NCBI GenBank assembly: GCA_043745355.1
Contig: JAYTSY010000009.1
Location: forward strand, 17,783-81,782
DNA from: a bacterium
Lineage (GTDB): Bacteria > Patescibacteriota > Minisyncoccia > Phycocordibacterales > CAIZLB01
Length of the DNA stretch: 64,000 bases
Direction: 5' to 3'
This document shows positions 1 to 7,453 of this stretch, piece after piece. Made by a program: the position numbers and the translations under genes. The notes under the pieces were generated by a model. The model was not told the origin of the DNA. It was given only the letters and a program-made list of their open reading frames with translations, and ran no database searches. The stretch's first letter is position 1, and each line of letters begins with the position of its first letter.

Positions 1-57
1 ATTATATATGTATGCTTAAAAATGTCAACAAGCTACCCTTGCTATCTGTGTGATTTG

Positions 58-66
58 TGATATAAT
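58..66 (+). promoter_or_regulatory. candidate extended -10 element (TGATATAAT) upstream of the DGR target gene
   Basis: TGnTATAAT read directly. The same element type recurs before other operons here (2869, 5610, 11991, 53400). No TSS data. Confidence 0.35.
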
Positions 67-102
67 ACTGGGTAGGTAAGGACTTTGAAATATTTGCGAG
101 TG

Positions 103-150
103 CGCCATAGCTAAAAGAAGCTGAATTATCGGCTTTTTCTAGCTATGGCG
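103..150 (+). other. long inverted repeat in the 5' leader of the DGR target gene
   Basis: Perfect 11-bp arms CGCCATAGCTA (103-113) and TAGCTATGGCG (140-150), with further imperfect inner pairing. It lies between the candidate -10 and the ATG at 245. Confidence 0.4.
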
Positions 151-244
151 AAACATCATTATCCTAATAATCTGCGGCGGGTCTGACTTGGTCAGAACGT
201 ACAAAGACTGGGATTGAGGGGTGCATTAGCTTGGCAAAACCAAC

Positions 245-1024
245 ATGAGTAATCAAACTGCAGCTGCAATCGCGGCTTTCGTTAACAGCATCAATTGGGA
301 GCACAAAGGGCTTGACCTTCAAGCCATCATCGAGGCGGGGAACCAAGGTAAACTCCGCGGTCCTTCGACCGACTGGCTTGTGAATCGTGGTTGGGAAAAA
401 GAAACTGAAACGAAGTCCATTAGTCCGAAATCTTTGACCACCCTGCTCGACCCTGTCGGCACGGTCAAGGTCCCGGCCACCACGACTCCGTTCGTCGCCA
501 AAGACCATTTTGTCGTGAACACGGACGCCGATGCTCCCGTGAAGATCTACGAAGTGTGGAACGGATTCAAAACCCGTTTTCTTCAGGGCGATGGCAAGAT
601 CGAGAAGCCGATCGGCGATTCTGATCTCCGTTATGCTCGTCTGAAGAAGCGTTCGACGGACACCTCTATCCTCGAAGAACTCGGTGGCGGGAAGAAGACG
701 CGGACGACGCTCACTGAAGTGTGGAGCCAGATGCTGAAGCACCCGAAAGGCGAGAAGGGAACCCTCCTCGTCAACGGTAACGCCAACATCTTCTACGTCG
801 AAACCGAAGTGATCCTTCCCGAAGAGGAACATCTCGCTTACGTGAACGAAGAAGATAAGAAAGTCGTTCTCTGTGCGGTCTACGTGTTCTGGAGCGGCGG
901 CGGTGGCTGGTTCGTCGGTGCCTACTCTGTTCTCTACGCCAATGGTTGGTTCGTTGGCGACCGGGTGTTCTCTCGCAATTCAGAACTCGAATCCTCGGAA
1001 CCTGTGGCTCCGGCGCAAGCCTGA
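245..1024 (+). CDS. DGR target (variable) protein; the C-terminal about 40 aa are encoded by the VR, likely a CLec-type fold
   Basis: 259-aa ORF. Its 3' end (864-978) is the VR copy of the TR. VR peptide is YVFWSGGGGWFVGAYSVLYANGWFVGDRVFSRN. I recognise no N-terminal domain and see no obvious signal peptide. Confidence 0.85.
   Translation: MSNQTAAAIAAFVNSINWEHKGLDLQAIIEAGNQGKLRGPSTDWLVNRGWEKETETKSISPKSLTTLLDPVGTVKVPATTTPFVAKDHFVVNTDADAPVKIYEVWNGFKTRFLQGDGKIEKPIGDSDLRYARLKKRSTDTSILEELGGGKKTRTTLTEVWSQMLKHPKGEKGTLLVNGNANIFYVETEVILPEEEHLAYVNEEDKKVVLCAVYVFWSGGGGWFVGAYSVLYANGWFVGDRVFSRNSELESSEPVAPAQA
864..978 (+). repeat. DGR variable region (VR)
   Basis: Hand alignment to 1337-1451 (offset 473): 115 positions, no indels, 22 mismatches, all opposite TR adenines. 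Confidence 0.95.
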
Positions 1025-1046
1025 TTCTTTGGCTCTTGGACACTTT

Positions 1047-1080
1047 GACCCTCGGTTCGCAATCTGCGGATCGGGGGTCA
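1047..1080 (+). terminator. possible hairpin terminator after the DGR target gene
   Basis: GACCC...GGGGTC pairing followed by a T-rich run (attttctatattt). The stem is imperfect. Confidence 0.3.
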
Positions 1081-1336
1081 TTTTCTATATTTAAAATATT
1101 GATATACTATTTTTGAAATCATGTGTTACACAACGGTCAAGACTTTTGTGTCATGGTCTTAGGATATTTTTTGCGAGAATTGTATTGGGTAAGCCTTGTG
1201 CAAGAGTGTGAAAAATATTTTTAAAAAATAATAAGAATTGGTATGCGGAGCTGGTGGACTTATATGTCCCGAATAATATTCAACCTGTCATGATTTGGGG
1301 GGTGGTGCAACAGATGGCTTCGCATACGAGAGTGGT

Positions 1337-1451
1337 TCGTTCTCTGTGCGGTCAACGTGAACTGGAACGACGGCAATGGCTGGAACGTCAATACCAACTC
1401 TGTTCTCAACACCAATGATTGGAACGATGGCAACCAGGTGTTCTCTCGAAA
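1337..1451 (+). repeat. DGR template repeat (TR)
   Basis: Non-coding copy of the VR with 31 adenines, of which 22 are substituted in VR. In the VR frame it is rich in AAC/AAT codons (NWNDGNGWNVNTNSVLNTNDWNDGNQ). Confidence 0.95.
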
Positions 1452-1456
1452 CTGTT

Positions 1457-1810
1457 TTATTTCTCCTCTGCTTTTGGCTGGGGAGTTTTTGTTAGTAGCC
1501 CCTTTTTCCATCCGCCGAGTTGTCGGCCTATCTCCTCAAGCCTTGAGAGAAAATCTGAATATTTAGCAGTGGGTATGAGCTTGTTCTCCCATGCAAGTTG
1601 AGCAAAAAACTTTACGACATCAAATTTTGTTACTGCTCTGTTAAGTAGAGGAATTTTGTGTTCGAGGGGAAGATAGCTGAGACAAAACATCAATTCGATA
1701 CAATCTAAAAAAGCCTGTTCAATTTTGTTTCCAATTCCATACCGCTCAACTTTCGGAAAATCACGATACAGTGTGAGCCAGAAACGATATGTCTCCTTCG
1801 CTTTGAGGAT
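1457..1810 (-). CDS. avd: Avd-like accessory variability determinant (four-helix bundle); start codon unresolved
   Basis: The minus-strand frame is open from 1825 to the stop at 1457-1459. It translates as ..VILKAKETYRFWLTLYRDFPKVERYGIGNKIEQAFLDCIELMFCLSYLP...LEEIGRQLGGWKKG, matching the Avd / 23S-IVS four-helix-bundle pattern. There is no ATG/GTG/TTG upstream of 1693, so an ATC at 1808-1810 is one possible start. Confidence 0.7.
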   Translation of the reverse strand: MLKAKETYRFWLTLYRDFPKVERYGIGNKIEQAFLDCIELMFCLSYLPLEHKIPLLNRAVTKFDVVKFFAQLAWENKLIPTAKYSDFLSRLEEIGRQLGGWKKGLLTKTPQPKAEEK

Positions 1811-1844
1811 TACCTGTGGTAATTCTCAAGGGGGGGGTAGTATT

Positions 1845-2876
1845 ATGATTCATATGAATTGTAGTTACCAAGATATCATATCTATTCAGAATCTGTGCGA
1901 AGCATGGTGTGAATTCGTGCGAGGTAAGAAATCAAAAAAGGATGTTGCGGAATTTTTTCTTAATTTATCACAAAATATTTTTATGCTTCACGAGGAACTG
2001 GCAAGCAAGACGTATATTCATGGTGCTTATGAAGCTTTTAATATCTCGGATCCAAAACCGAGAAATATTCACAAAGCGACAGTAAGAGACAGGTTGCTCC
2101 ACCATGCCATCTATAAAATTCTGTATCCGTATTTCGACAAGAAATTCATATATGATTCTTATTCATGCAGGAATATGAAAGGAACGCACAAGGCAGGAAA
2201 ACGTTTCTTAGATTTTGCCAGAAAGGAATCGCTAAACAATAAACGTACATGTTGGGTGCTTAAATGCGACATAAGGAAATTCTTTGCTTCGGTGGATCAG
2301 AGTATTCTCATCAAAATATTGAGACGATATATTTCTGACGAAAATACAATCTGGCTTATTGAGAAAATATTGGAAAGTTTTTCAAGCACAGGAGAGACGA
2401 TAGGATTGCCACTCGGCAATCTGACATCACAGCTATTGGTCAATATTTATATGAACGAGTTCGACCAGTGGGTGAAGCATGTTATGAAATTAAAATATTA
2501 TATACGCTATGCTGATGACTTCGTAATTCTAAGTCGTGACAAACATTACTTGCATGAATTGACCCCAAAAATCGCATATTTCTTGAACGAATATTCAGGA
2601 CTGTCGCTTCACCCTAAGAAGGTGTCTATTAATACATTTGCCTCCGGTGTCGACTTCCTCGGCTGGATTCATTTTCCTAACCATCGCGTCTTGCGCACTA
2701 CCACCAAACGCCGAATGTTCAACAATATAATAGAAAAACAGGGGAAGAAAGAAACCATCCAGTCATATCTCGGACTTCTACGTCACGGCAATAGTGGAAA
2801 ACTACAAAAAGAAGTTAAAAATATTTCAAATAATTTTGCACAGTCGCAAGTTAAAAACAGCGATAGTTTGATATAA
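1845..2876 (+). CDS. DGR-type reverse transcriptase
   Basis: RT motifs include IGLPLGNLTSQLLVNIYMNEFD (DGR-typical LGxxxSQ) and YIRYADDFVILS (YxDD). The ATG at 1845 follows a G-rich RBS (aagggggggtag). ORF-track codons 1725-1844 are antisense to avd and probably not translated. Confidence 0.9.
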   Translation: MIHMNCSYQDIISIQNLCEAWCEFVRGKKSKKDVAEFFLNLSQNIFMLHEELASKTYIHGAYEAFNISDPKPRNIHKATVRDRLLHHAIYKILYPYFDKKFIYDSYSCRNMKGTHKAGKRFLDFARKESLNNKRTCWVLKCDIRKFFASVDQSILIKILRRYISDENTIWLIEKILESFSSTGETIGLPLGNLTSQLLVNIYMNEFDQWVKHVMKLKYYIRYADDFVILSRDKHYLHELTPKIAYFLNEYSGLSLHPKKVSINTFASGVDFLGWIHFPNHRVLRTTTKRRMFNNIIEKQGKKETIQSYLGLLRHGNSGKLQKEVKNISNNFAQSQVKNSDSLI

Positions 2877-2921
2877 TAAACTCACAAATCGCACCTTTCA
2901 CAAAAGGTGCCTGACCCCAAC
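2869..2921 (+). promoter_or_regulatory. conserved promoter and palindrome leader, copy 1 (TGATATAAT, then GCACCTTT-CACA-AAAGGTGC, then CTGACCCCAA)
   Basis: About 50-nt element nearly identical to 5610-5662. The extended -10 overlaps the RT stop codon. The perfect 8-bp inverted repeat lies just downstream of the expected TSS. Confidence 0.5.
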
Positions 2922-3695
2922 ATGTCCCTCAACCTCCTCCAGCATCTCAATCATCTCGGTCTCTCGTCCAAAGAAATTGAAGTATATGAATTTCTCCTTG
3001 CGGTAGAAGCAGCATATCCAATGGAAATAGCCAAAGAAACGAGAATGAAGCGCTCAACGGTGTATGTCATTCTCGATTTGCTCAAGAAAAAAGGATTGGT
3101 CCGAGAAGTTCAGAGAGGAAAGCGTTTCGTGTACATATCAGAGGAGCCGGAACGCATTAGATTTCTTCTTGAAAAACTCAAACTTGAAACGGAGGATCAA
3201 ATAAAAAGCTTGGATCAAATCATCCCGCAGCTCAAGGCTACTGTTCGCAAAAAAGGCGAAGCACCCATCATAAAGTTTTTTGAAGGTGAAAAGGCCGTAC
3301 AAAATTCTATGGAAGAATTGGTAGCAAATCCAAAATTTCGATCCGAACTTGATTACGGGGTTTTTTCTCTCGAATTGATCTATAAATTATTTAAATCAAG
3401 AAATTTAAAAAAATATATCGATTTCAGGCTTACAACTAACAAACTTTTCAAAGTTATTTATACTGCTGAGGAGGGGGAAATTGCGGCGGGTATAGATGGA
3501 CAAGAAGCAATTAAAGTTGATCATGGAGAATATCCATTTTCATGTGACATCAGTGTATTCGAAGACGAGGTCCGTTTTCATATGTTGGGCAAGACAATTT
3601 ATGGCATTTTGATAAAAAACCCAGAGTTGGCAGGGACTTTAACTAGTTTGATTAAGTTGGCAGCGGGGAATGCTCAAATCCCACAGAGTAAATAA
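2922..3695 (+). CDS. TrmB-like winged-helix transcriptional regulator
   Basis: N-terminal LGLSSKEIEVYEFLL...STVYVILDLLKKKGLV HTH pattern, with a C-terminal domain shared with three paralogs in this window. The ATG at 2922 is preferred over the GTG at 2907, which lies inside the leader hairpin. Confidence 0.7.
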   Translation: MSLNLLQHLNHLGLSSKEIEVYEFLLAVEAAYPMEIAKETRMKRSTVYVILDLLKKKGLVREVQRGKRFVYISEEPERIRFLLEKLKLETEDQIKSLDQIIPQLKATVRKKGEAPIIKFFEGEKAVQNSMEELVANPKFRSELDYGVFSLELIYKLFKSRNLKKYIDFRLTTNKLFKVIYTAEEGEIAAGIDGQEAIKVDHGEYPFSCDISVFEDEVRFHMLGKTIYGILIKNPELAGTLTSLIKLAAGNAQIPQSK

Positions 3696-3873
3696 TTATT
3701 TAAAACGTCTAAGTCTTACTAAACATCTAATTACATTAGATATACTCATAAATAGATAATATCTAGTATATTTTAGAGCAGTATTTTAAATACATCTAAT
3801 ATAAATTGACACTTTTTAACATTAACATAGTATTAACACCAGAAAAGGTCATTGACAAAGGAGGGCATATCGC

Positions 3874-3939
3874 CAGAGCGTAGCTTGCTGTGTGGTTGGA
3901 CAAAGATCCAACTAAACACGCATAGCAAGCTACGCTCTG
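3874..3939 (+). other. 66-nt near-perfect hairpin in a G+C-richer leader upstream of the SPFH gene; candidate structured RNA or attenuator
   Basis: 16-bp perfect outer stem CAGAGCGTAGCTTGCT / AGCAAGCTACGCTCTG, then GTGT/ACAC and GTTGGA/TCCAAC inner stems. TTGACA-like boxes lie upstream at about 3816 and 3852. Confidence 0.35.
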
Positions 3940-4043
3940 TGAGCGCAAGTAAGTCAGTCTGTTGGCTTCCTGTTTAGGGAAGAGAGATACGAGAAGCATT
4001 TAGGCTAATCGGCTCTCTAATAGACGGCACTACGCGCTCCGTT

Positions 4044-5453
4044 ATGCGCTTTCAACAAAACAAGTATATGAAGACACTTATCGTGTTTCTGTGGATCGCG
4101 GCTTTAGCCGTATCGGTCACCCTCAATTCGTGGGTGCTCGTCAATCCTATCGTCGGACCTCACCTGGCTGCGCAAGCGGTAAATGGTGGTGACAATGAGT
4201 TCATCGCGAGTCATGCCTATCAGGGTGGTACTCGCGCCCTCGTGTCCCTCGAGTTCTGGGCGAGCCTTGCCATTTTTCTGATCCCCCTCGGGGTGACGAT
4301 GTGGTATCGGCGCGTGCAAATCAACAAAGTTATGCAGAGGGTTGGCGCGGCTATGCTCCTTCTCCTCATGCTTAACCTAGGTGGTTGCATGAAAGCCTAC
4401 AAGACGCCTCAATATGTCGAGGTCAAGCCCTCGCAAACGGCGTTTTTTATCCCGCTCGTTGGTGACAACAAAGCGGGGCAGGCAAAGTTTGACTCGAAGA
4501 CCTATGAAGCGTTCAAGAAGATTGGAGTAAAGAGACTTGAAGTTCCTCAGGAATGGCTGCCGACTGGACGAATGGAAAATAACGGCAAGTGGGTGCCCTC
4601 GGCCCGTGTGGTCATCGTCGATCGTTCCTCGGTCACGCGTGAATGGACAAAGAGCCTCCATAGTGGAAGCAAAAGCATTGACCAAGCGGTCAGTGTCGAG
4701 TCGCAAGACTCTGTTAACTTCTCGCTCGGCTTCAAGGTGACGGCCTACATCGCCGAAGAGGATACTTCAACGTTCCTCTACTACAATGCCTCTCGCGTCA
4801 AGGAAGATGCGTCTGGTCGTTGCGAAGTCGTCGGTCTCGACGAAGTGATGGACACTGAAGTCCTCTCGCGTCTCCAAAAAGTGGCTGCGCGTGAGTTCGG
4901 CCAATATCCGATGGACGTCGCACGGACCAAAAAGGCGGAGGTCTATGCCGTGATTGACACGGAAGTGATCCCGTTCTTCAAGGAACGTGGTATTACGATC
5001 ATGACGATCGCTCAGCTCGGCGGTTTGAGCTACGACAACATCAAGATCCAAGAAGCGATTGATAAGACAGTCATGGATCAGCAGGAGAAAGTCAGTGCTT
5101 TGGCTGCGTTCGACGCTCAACAAACGAAGAATAAAACCATCAAGCTGTCTGCCGAAGCCGAAGCTGCCGCAACGCTTACCAAAGCGGAAGGTGAAGCCAA
5201 AGGCAAACTCGCAGTGCAAAAAGCAATCGCTGAAGGTATCACTGCCGTCAACGAGGCGACCAAAGCTTCCGGTAGCAGCGAGGTGTTCTTCAAGCTCAAA
5301 GAGCTGGAGGTCCAAATGGAGTTCGCCAAGGCGAGCAAGGGAAATGTGCCGGCGATTCTCATCACCGGCGAGAACAAAGGCGGGTCAGGAACGAACTTCC
5401 CGCTCTCACTACCTCCTGATGTGTTGAAGAACAGTCAGACTCCCGCGAAGTGA
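4044..5453 (+). CDS. SPFH/band-7-like membrane or lipoprotein with a coiled-coil C-terminus
   Basis: C-terminal half resembles prohibitin/HflK-type SPFH plus an Ala/Glu/Lys coiled coil. There are N-terminal TM segments. An internal lipoprotein-type signal (MQRVGAAMLLLLMLNLGGC) begins at the ATG at 4332, so the start is uncertain (4044, 4068 or 4332). Confidence 0.6.
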   Translation: MRFQQNKYMKTLIVFLWIAALAVSVTLNSWVLVNPIVGPHLAAQAVNGGDNEFIASHAYQGGTRALVSLEFWASLAIFLIPLGVTMWYRRVQINKVMQRVGAAMLLLLMLNLGGCMKAYKTPQYVEVKPSQTAFFIPLVGDNKAGQAKFDSKTYEAFKKIGVKRLEVPQEWLPTGRMENNGKWVPSARVVIVDRSSVTREWTKSLHSGSKSIDQAVSVESQDSVNFSLGFKVTAYIAEEDTSTFLYYNASRVKEDASGRCEVVGLDEVMDTEVLSRLQKVAAREFGQYPMDVARTKKAEVYAVIDTEVIPFFKERGITIMTIAQLGGLSYDNIKIQEAIDKTVMDQQEKVSALAAFDAQQTKNKTIKLSAEAEAAATLTKAEGEAKGKLAVQKAIAEGITAVNEATKASGSSEVFFKLKELEVQMEFAKASKGNVPAILITGENKGGSGTNFPLSLPPDVLKNSQTPAK

Positions 5454-5525
5454 TTCGCACACAAGGTCTCATAAACCAAAGATGGTGGTAAACCACCCGG
5501 TCTGAAGGATGGCCGCAAACCTTCG

Positions 5526-5559
5526 CCCCGCATCTTGATCGATGCGGGGTTTCTTTTTT
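5526..5559 (+). terminator. rho-independent terminator
   Basis: CCCCGCATC / GATGCGGGG stem followed by TTTCTTTTTT. Confidence 0.8.
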
Positions 5560-5609
5560 ACAAATTATTTATTTTGTGTGTACAAAATCATGTGAAGCTG
5601 CATTTATTT

Positions 5610-5662
5610 TGCTATAATAAAAACACAAACCGCACCTTTAACAAAAGGTGTCTGACCCCAAT
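5610..5662 (+). promoter_or_regulatory. conserved promoter and palindrome leader, copy 2 (TGCTATAAT, then GCACCTTT-AACA-AAAGGTG, then TCTGACCCCAA)
   Basis: Near-identical to 2869-2921 and placed directly before the pilB ATG at 5663. Confidence 0.5.
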
Positions 5663-7438
5663 ATGTTTATCGATCCTGTACAAATGAAAAAACTGGTATC
5701 AGACTCGGGACTTGTTTCCCAAGCTGATATTGCTGTTGCTGAAAAGGCGCTCGCCAAGGCAGAAAAAGACGGCAAGAAATTAAATCTCGGCGAAGCTCTG
5801 ATGGCGGGAGGGAAGATGACCGAAGATGATTATCGTCGCATGCAGGCGTATCTCATGGGGATTCCGTTCGTCGATCTCAAAACCCAGAAGTTGGATTTTG
5901 AAGTGCTCTCACTTATTCCTGAGCCGATCGCTCGGAGCCATAACATCGTTGCCATAAAAAAGAAAGCAGACACATTGGAAGTTGCCATGCTCGACTCCGA
6001 TGACCTCTCCGCTATAGATTTCATCAAGAAAAAAACAGGACTCAAGATTTTGCCACGCATGACAAATACTGAGTCAATGAAAGCAGCATTGATTCAATAT
6101 CAAAAAAGTCTCAAAGCCGATTTCGGAGATATTATCCAGCAGGAAGCAGCGACACTCAAAATGGTGGCGCAGGACGGTGCTGTTCCTGGTGAAGAAGCAT
6201 CAGCAGACGATCTCAAAAAAATGGCGGAAGATTTGCCAGTGGTACGAATCGTTGACACACTTTTAAAGCACGCTGCACTTCAGGGCGCATCTGATATTCA
6301 TATTGAACAAACAGAATTTGAAGTGGTGGTGCGATATCGTATCGACGGAATCCTCCGTGACGCAATGATTTTGCCGAAGAGTGCTGGGTCAAGTATCACT
6401 GCTCGTATCAAGGTACTTTCCAATTTGAAACTTGATGAAAAACGACTGCCACAAGACGGACGATTCCGCATCGAACTCAATGGTGAAAAGATTTCATTCC
6501 GTGTTTCTATTTTGCCCACGTACTTTGGTGAAAAAACTGTTATGCGACTCCTTCGTGAAAATGTTTCAGGATTCAGTCTTGAGGGATTAGGTTTTCACGG
6601 ACCTGCACTTGAGATAGTACACGGAGGTACCAACATGTCAGAAGGTATGATGCTCACAACTGGTCCAACAGGTTCTGGAAAAACGACGACACTTTATACG
6701 GTGCTCGATATCATCAATCAGCCAGACGTAAATATTTCAACCGTTGAAGACCCGGTTGAATATCAAATGAAGCGCGTGAATCAAACGCAGGTGAAGCCTG
6801 AAATCGGATTCACATTTGCGTCAGGTCTCCGCTCGCTTCTTCGACAAGATCCGGATGTCATTATGGTCGGAGAAATTCGAGACAATGAAACGGCATCACT
6901 CGGTATCAATGCTGCGCTCACTGGTCACCTCGTACTTTCAACACTTCACACCAACTCCGCTGCAGGAGCAATTCCTCGTCTAATTGATATGAAGTGCGAG
7001 CCGTTTCTCCTCGTATCTACGCTGAAGATCATCATTGCGCAACGATTGGTGCGACGACTTTCTGACTCAAAAGAAAAGTATTTTCTCAGCAAAGATGAGC
7101 TGGCGCTTATTGAAAAGAAGATCGACATGAACCGTGTGCTCAAATCATTGCGAGACGAAAAGATTGTCGATCCTAAACTCGAATGGGAAAAGATTCCGTT
7201 TTATAAACCAAAGGCAAGTATTGAAACAGAAGACGGATATCACGGTCGCGTCGGTATCCATGAAGTATTGAAAATGAGTTCCGCAATCAAAGAGCTCGTC
7301 ATCAAAGGAGGAACGTCCGATGAGATTCAAGAGCAAGCGCGCAAAGAGGGGATGCTTACGATGATTGAGGATGGTATTTTCCAGGCGGTACAGGGATTGA
7401 CCAGTATCGAAGAAATTCTTCGAGTGGTTTCAGAATAG
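5663..7438 (+). CDS. pilB: type IV pilus assembly ATPase PilB (GspE family)
   Basis: Walker A GPTGSGKTTTLY, plus Asp/His boxes and an N-terminal GspE-N-like domain. ATG at 5663 preferred over the GTG at 5648. Confidence 0.92.
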   Translation: MFIDPVQMKKLVSDSGLVSQADIAVAEKALAKAEKDGKKLNLGEALMAGGKMTEDDYRRMQAYLMGIPFVDLKTQKLDFEVLSLIPEPIARSHNIVAIKKKADTLEVAMLDSDDLSAIDFIKKKTGLKILPRMTNTESMKAALIQYQKSLKADFGDIIQQEAATLKMVAQDGAVPGEEASADDLKKMAEDLPVVRIVDTLLKHAALQGASDIHIEQTEFEVVVRYRIDGILRDAMILPKSAGSSITARIKVLSNLKLDEKRLPQDGRFRIELNGEKISFRVSILPTYFGEKTVMRLLRENVSGFSLEGLGFHGPALEIVHGGTNMSEGMMLTTGPTGSGKTTTLYTVLDIINQPDVNISTVEDPVEYQMKRVNQTQVKPEIGFTFASGLRSLLRQDPDVIMVGEIRDNETASLGINAALTGHLVLSTLHTNSAAGAIPRLIDMKCEPFLLVSTLKIIIAQRLVRRLSDSKEKYFLSKDELALIEKKIDMNRVLKSLRDEKIVDPKLEWEKIPFYKPKASIETEDGYHGRVGIHEVLKMSSAIKELVIKGGTSDEIQEQARKEGMLTMIEDGIFQAVQGLTSIEEILRVVSE

Positions 7439-7453
7439 TTTATATATTTTTTG

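Larger units (their letters stand above)
245..2876 (+). mobile_element. diversity-generating retroelement cassette (target/VR, TR, avd, RT)
   Basis: VR/TR pair with adenine-only mismatches, plus an Avd-like ORF and a DGR-type RT, all within 2.6 kb. Confidence 0.92.

Noticed and set aside
164-832. 222-aa ORF on the minus strand, antisense to the DGR target gene
   Set aside because: It is a shadow ORF in a G+C-richer region, fully overlapped by the plus-strand CDS, whose 3' end is validated by the VR/TR relationship. It has no motifs.
1357-1566. 69-aa ORF covering the TR (MNWNDGNGWNVNTNS...)
   Set aside because: It is simply the TR read in the VR frame and is not expected to be a protein. The apparent Asn-rich peptide is the DGR AAC-codon signature.
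1725-1844. N-terminal 40 codons of the ORF-track RT model (start at 1725)
   Set aside because: This stretch is the antisense of the Avd-like frame. The RT family N-terminus and a G-rich RBS fit the ATG at 1845.
2907-2921. GTG starts at 2907 and 5648 giving similar N-termini (VPDPNM / VSDPNM)
   Set aside because: The similarity comes from the conserved non-coding leader. The GTG lies inside the hairpin stem, so the downstream ATGs (2922, 5663) are more plausible starts.
3796-3999. 67-aa minus-strand ORF
   Set aside because: It spans the 66-nt hairpin and has no RBS or motifs, so it is most likely spurious.
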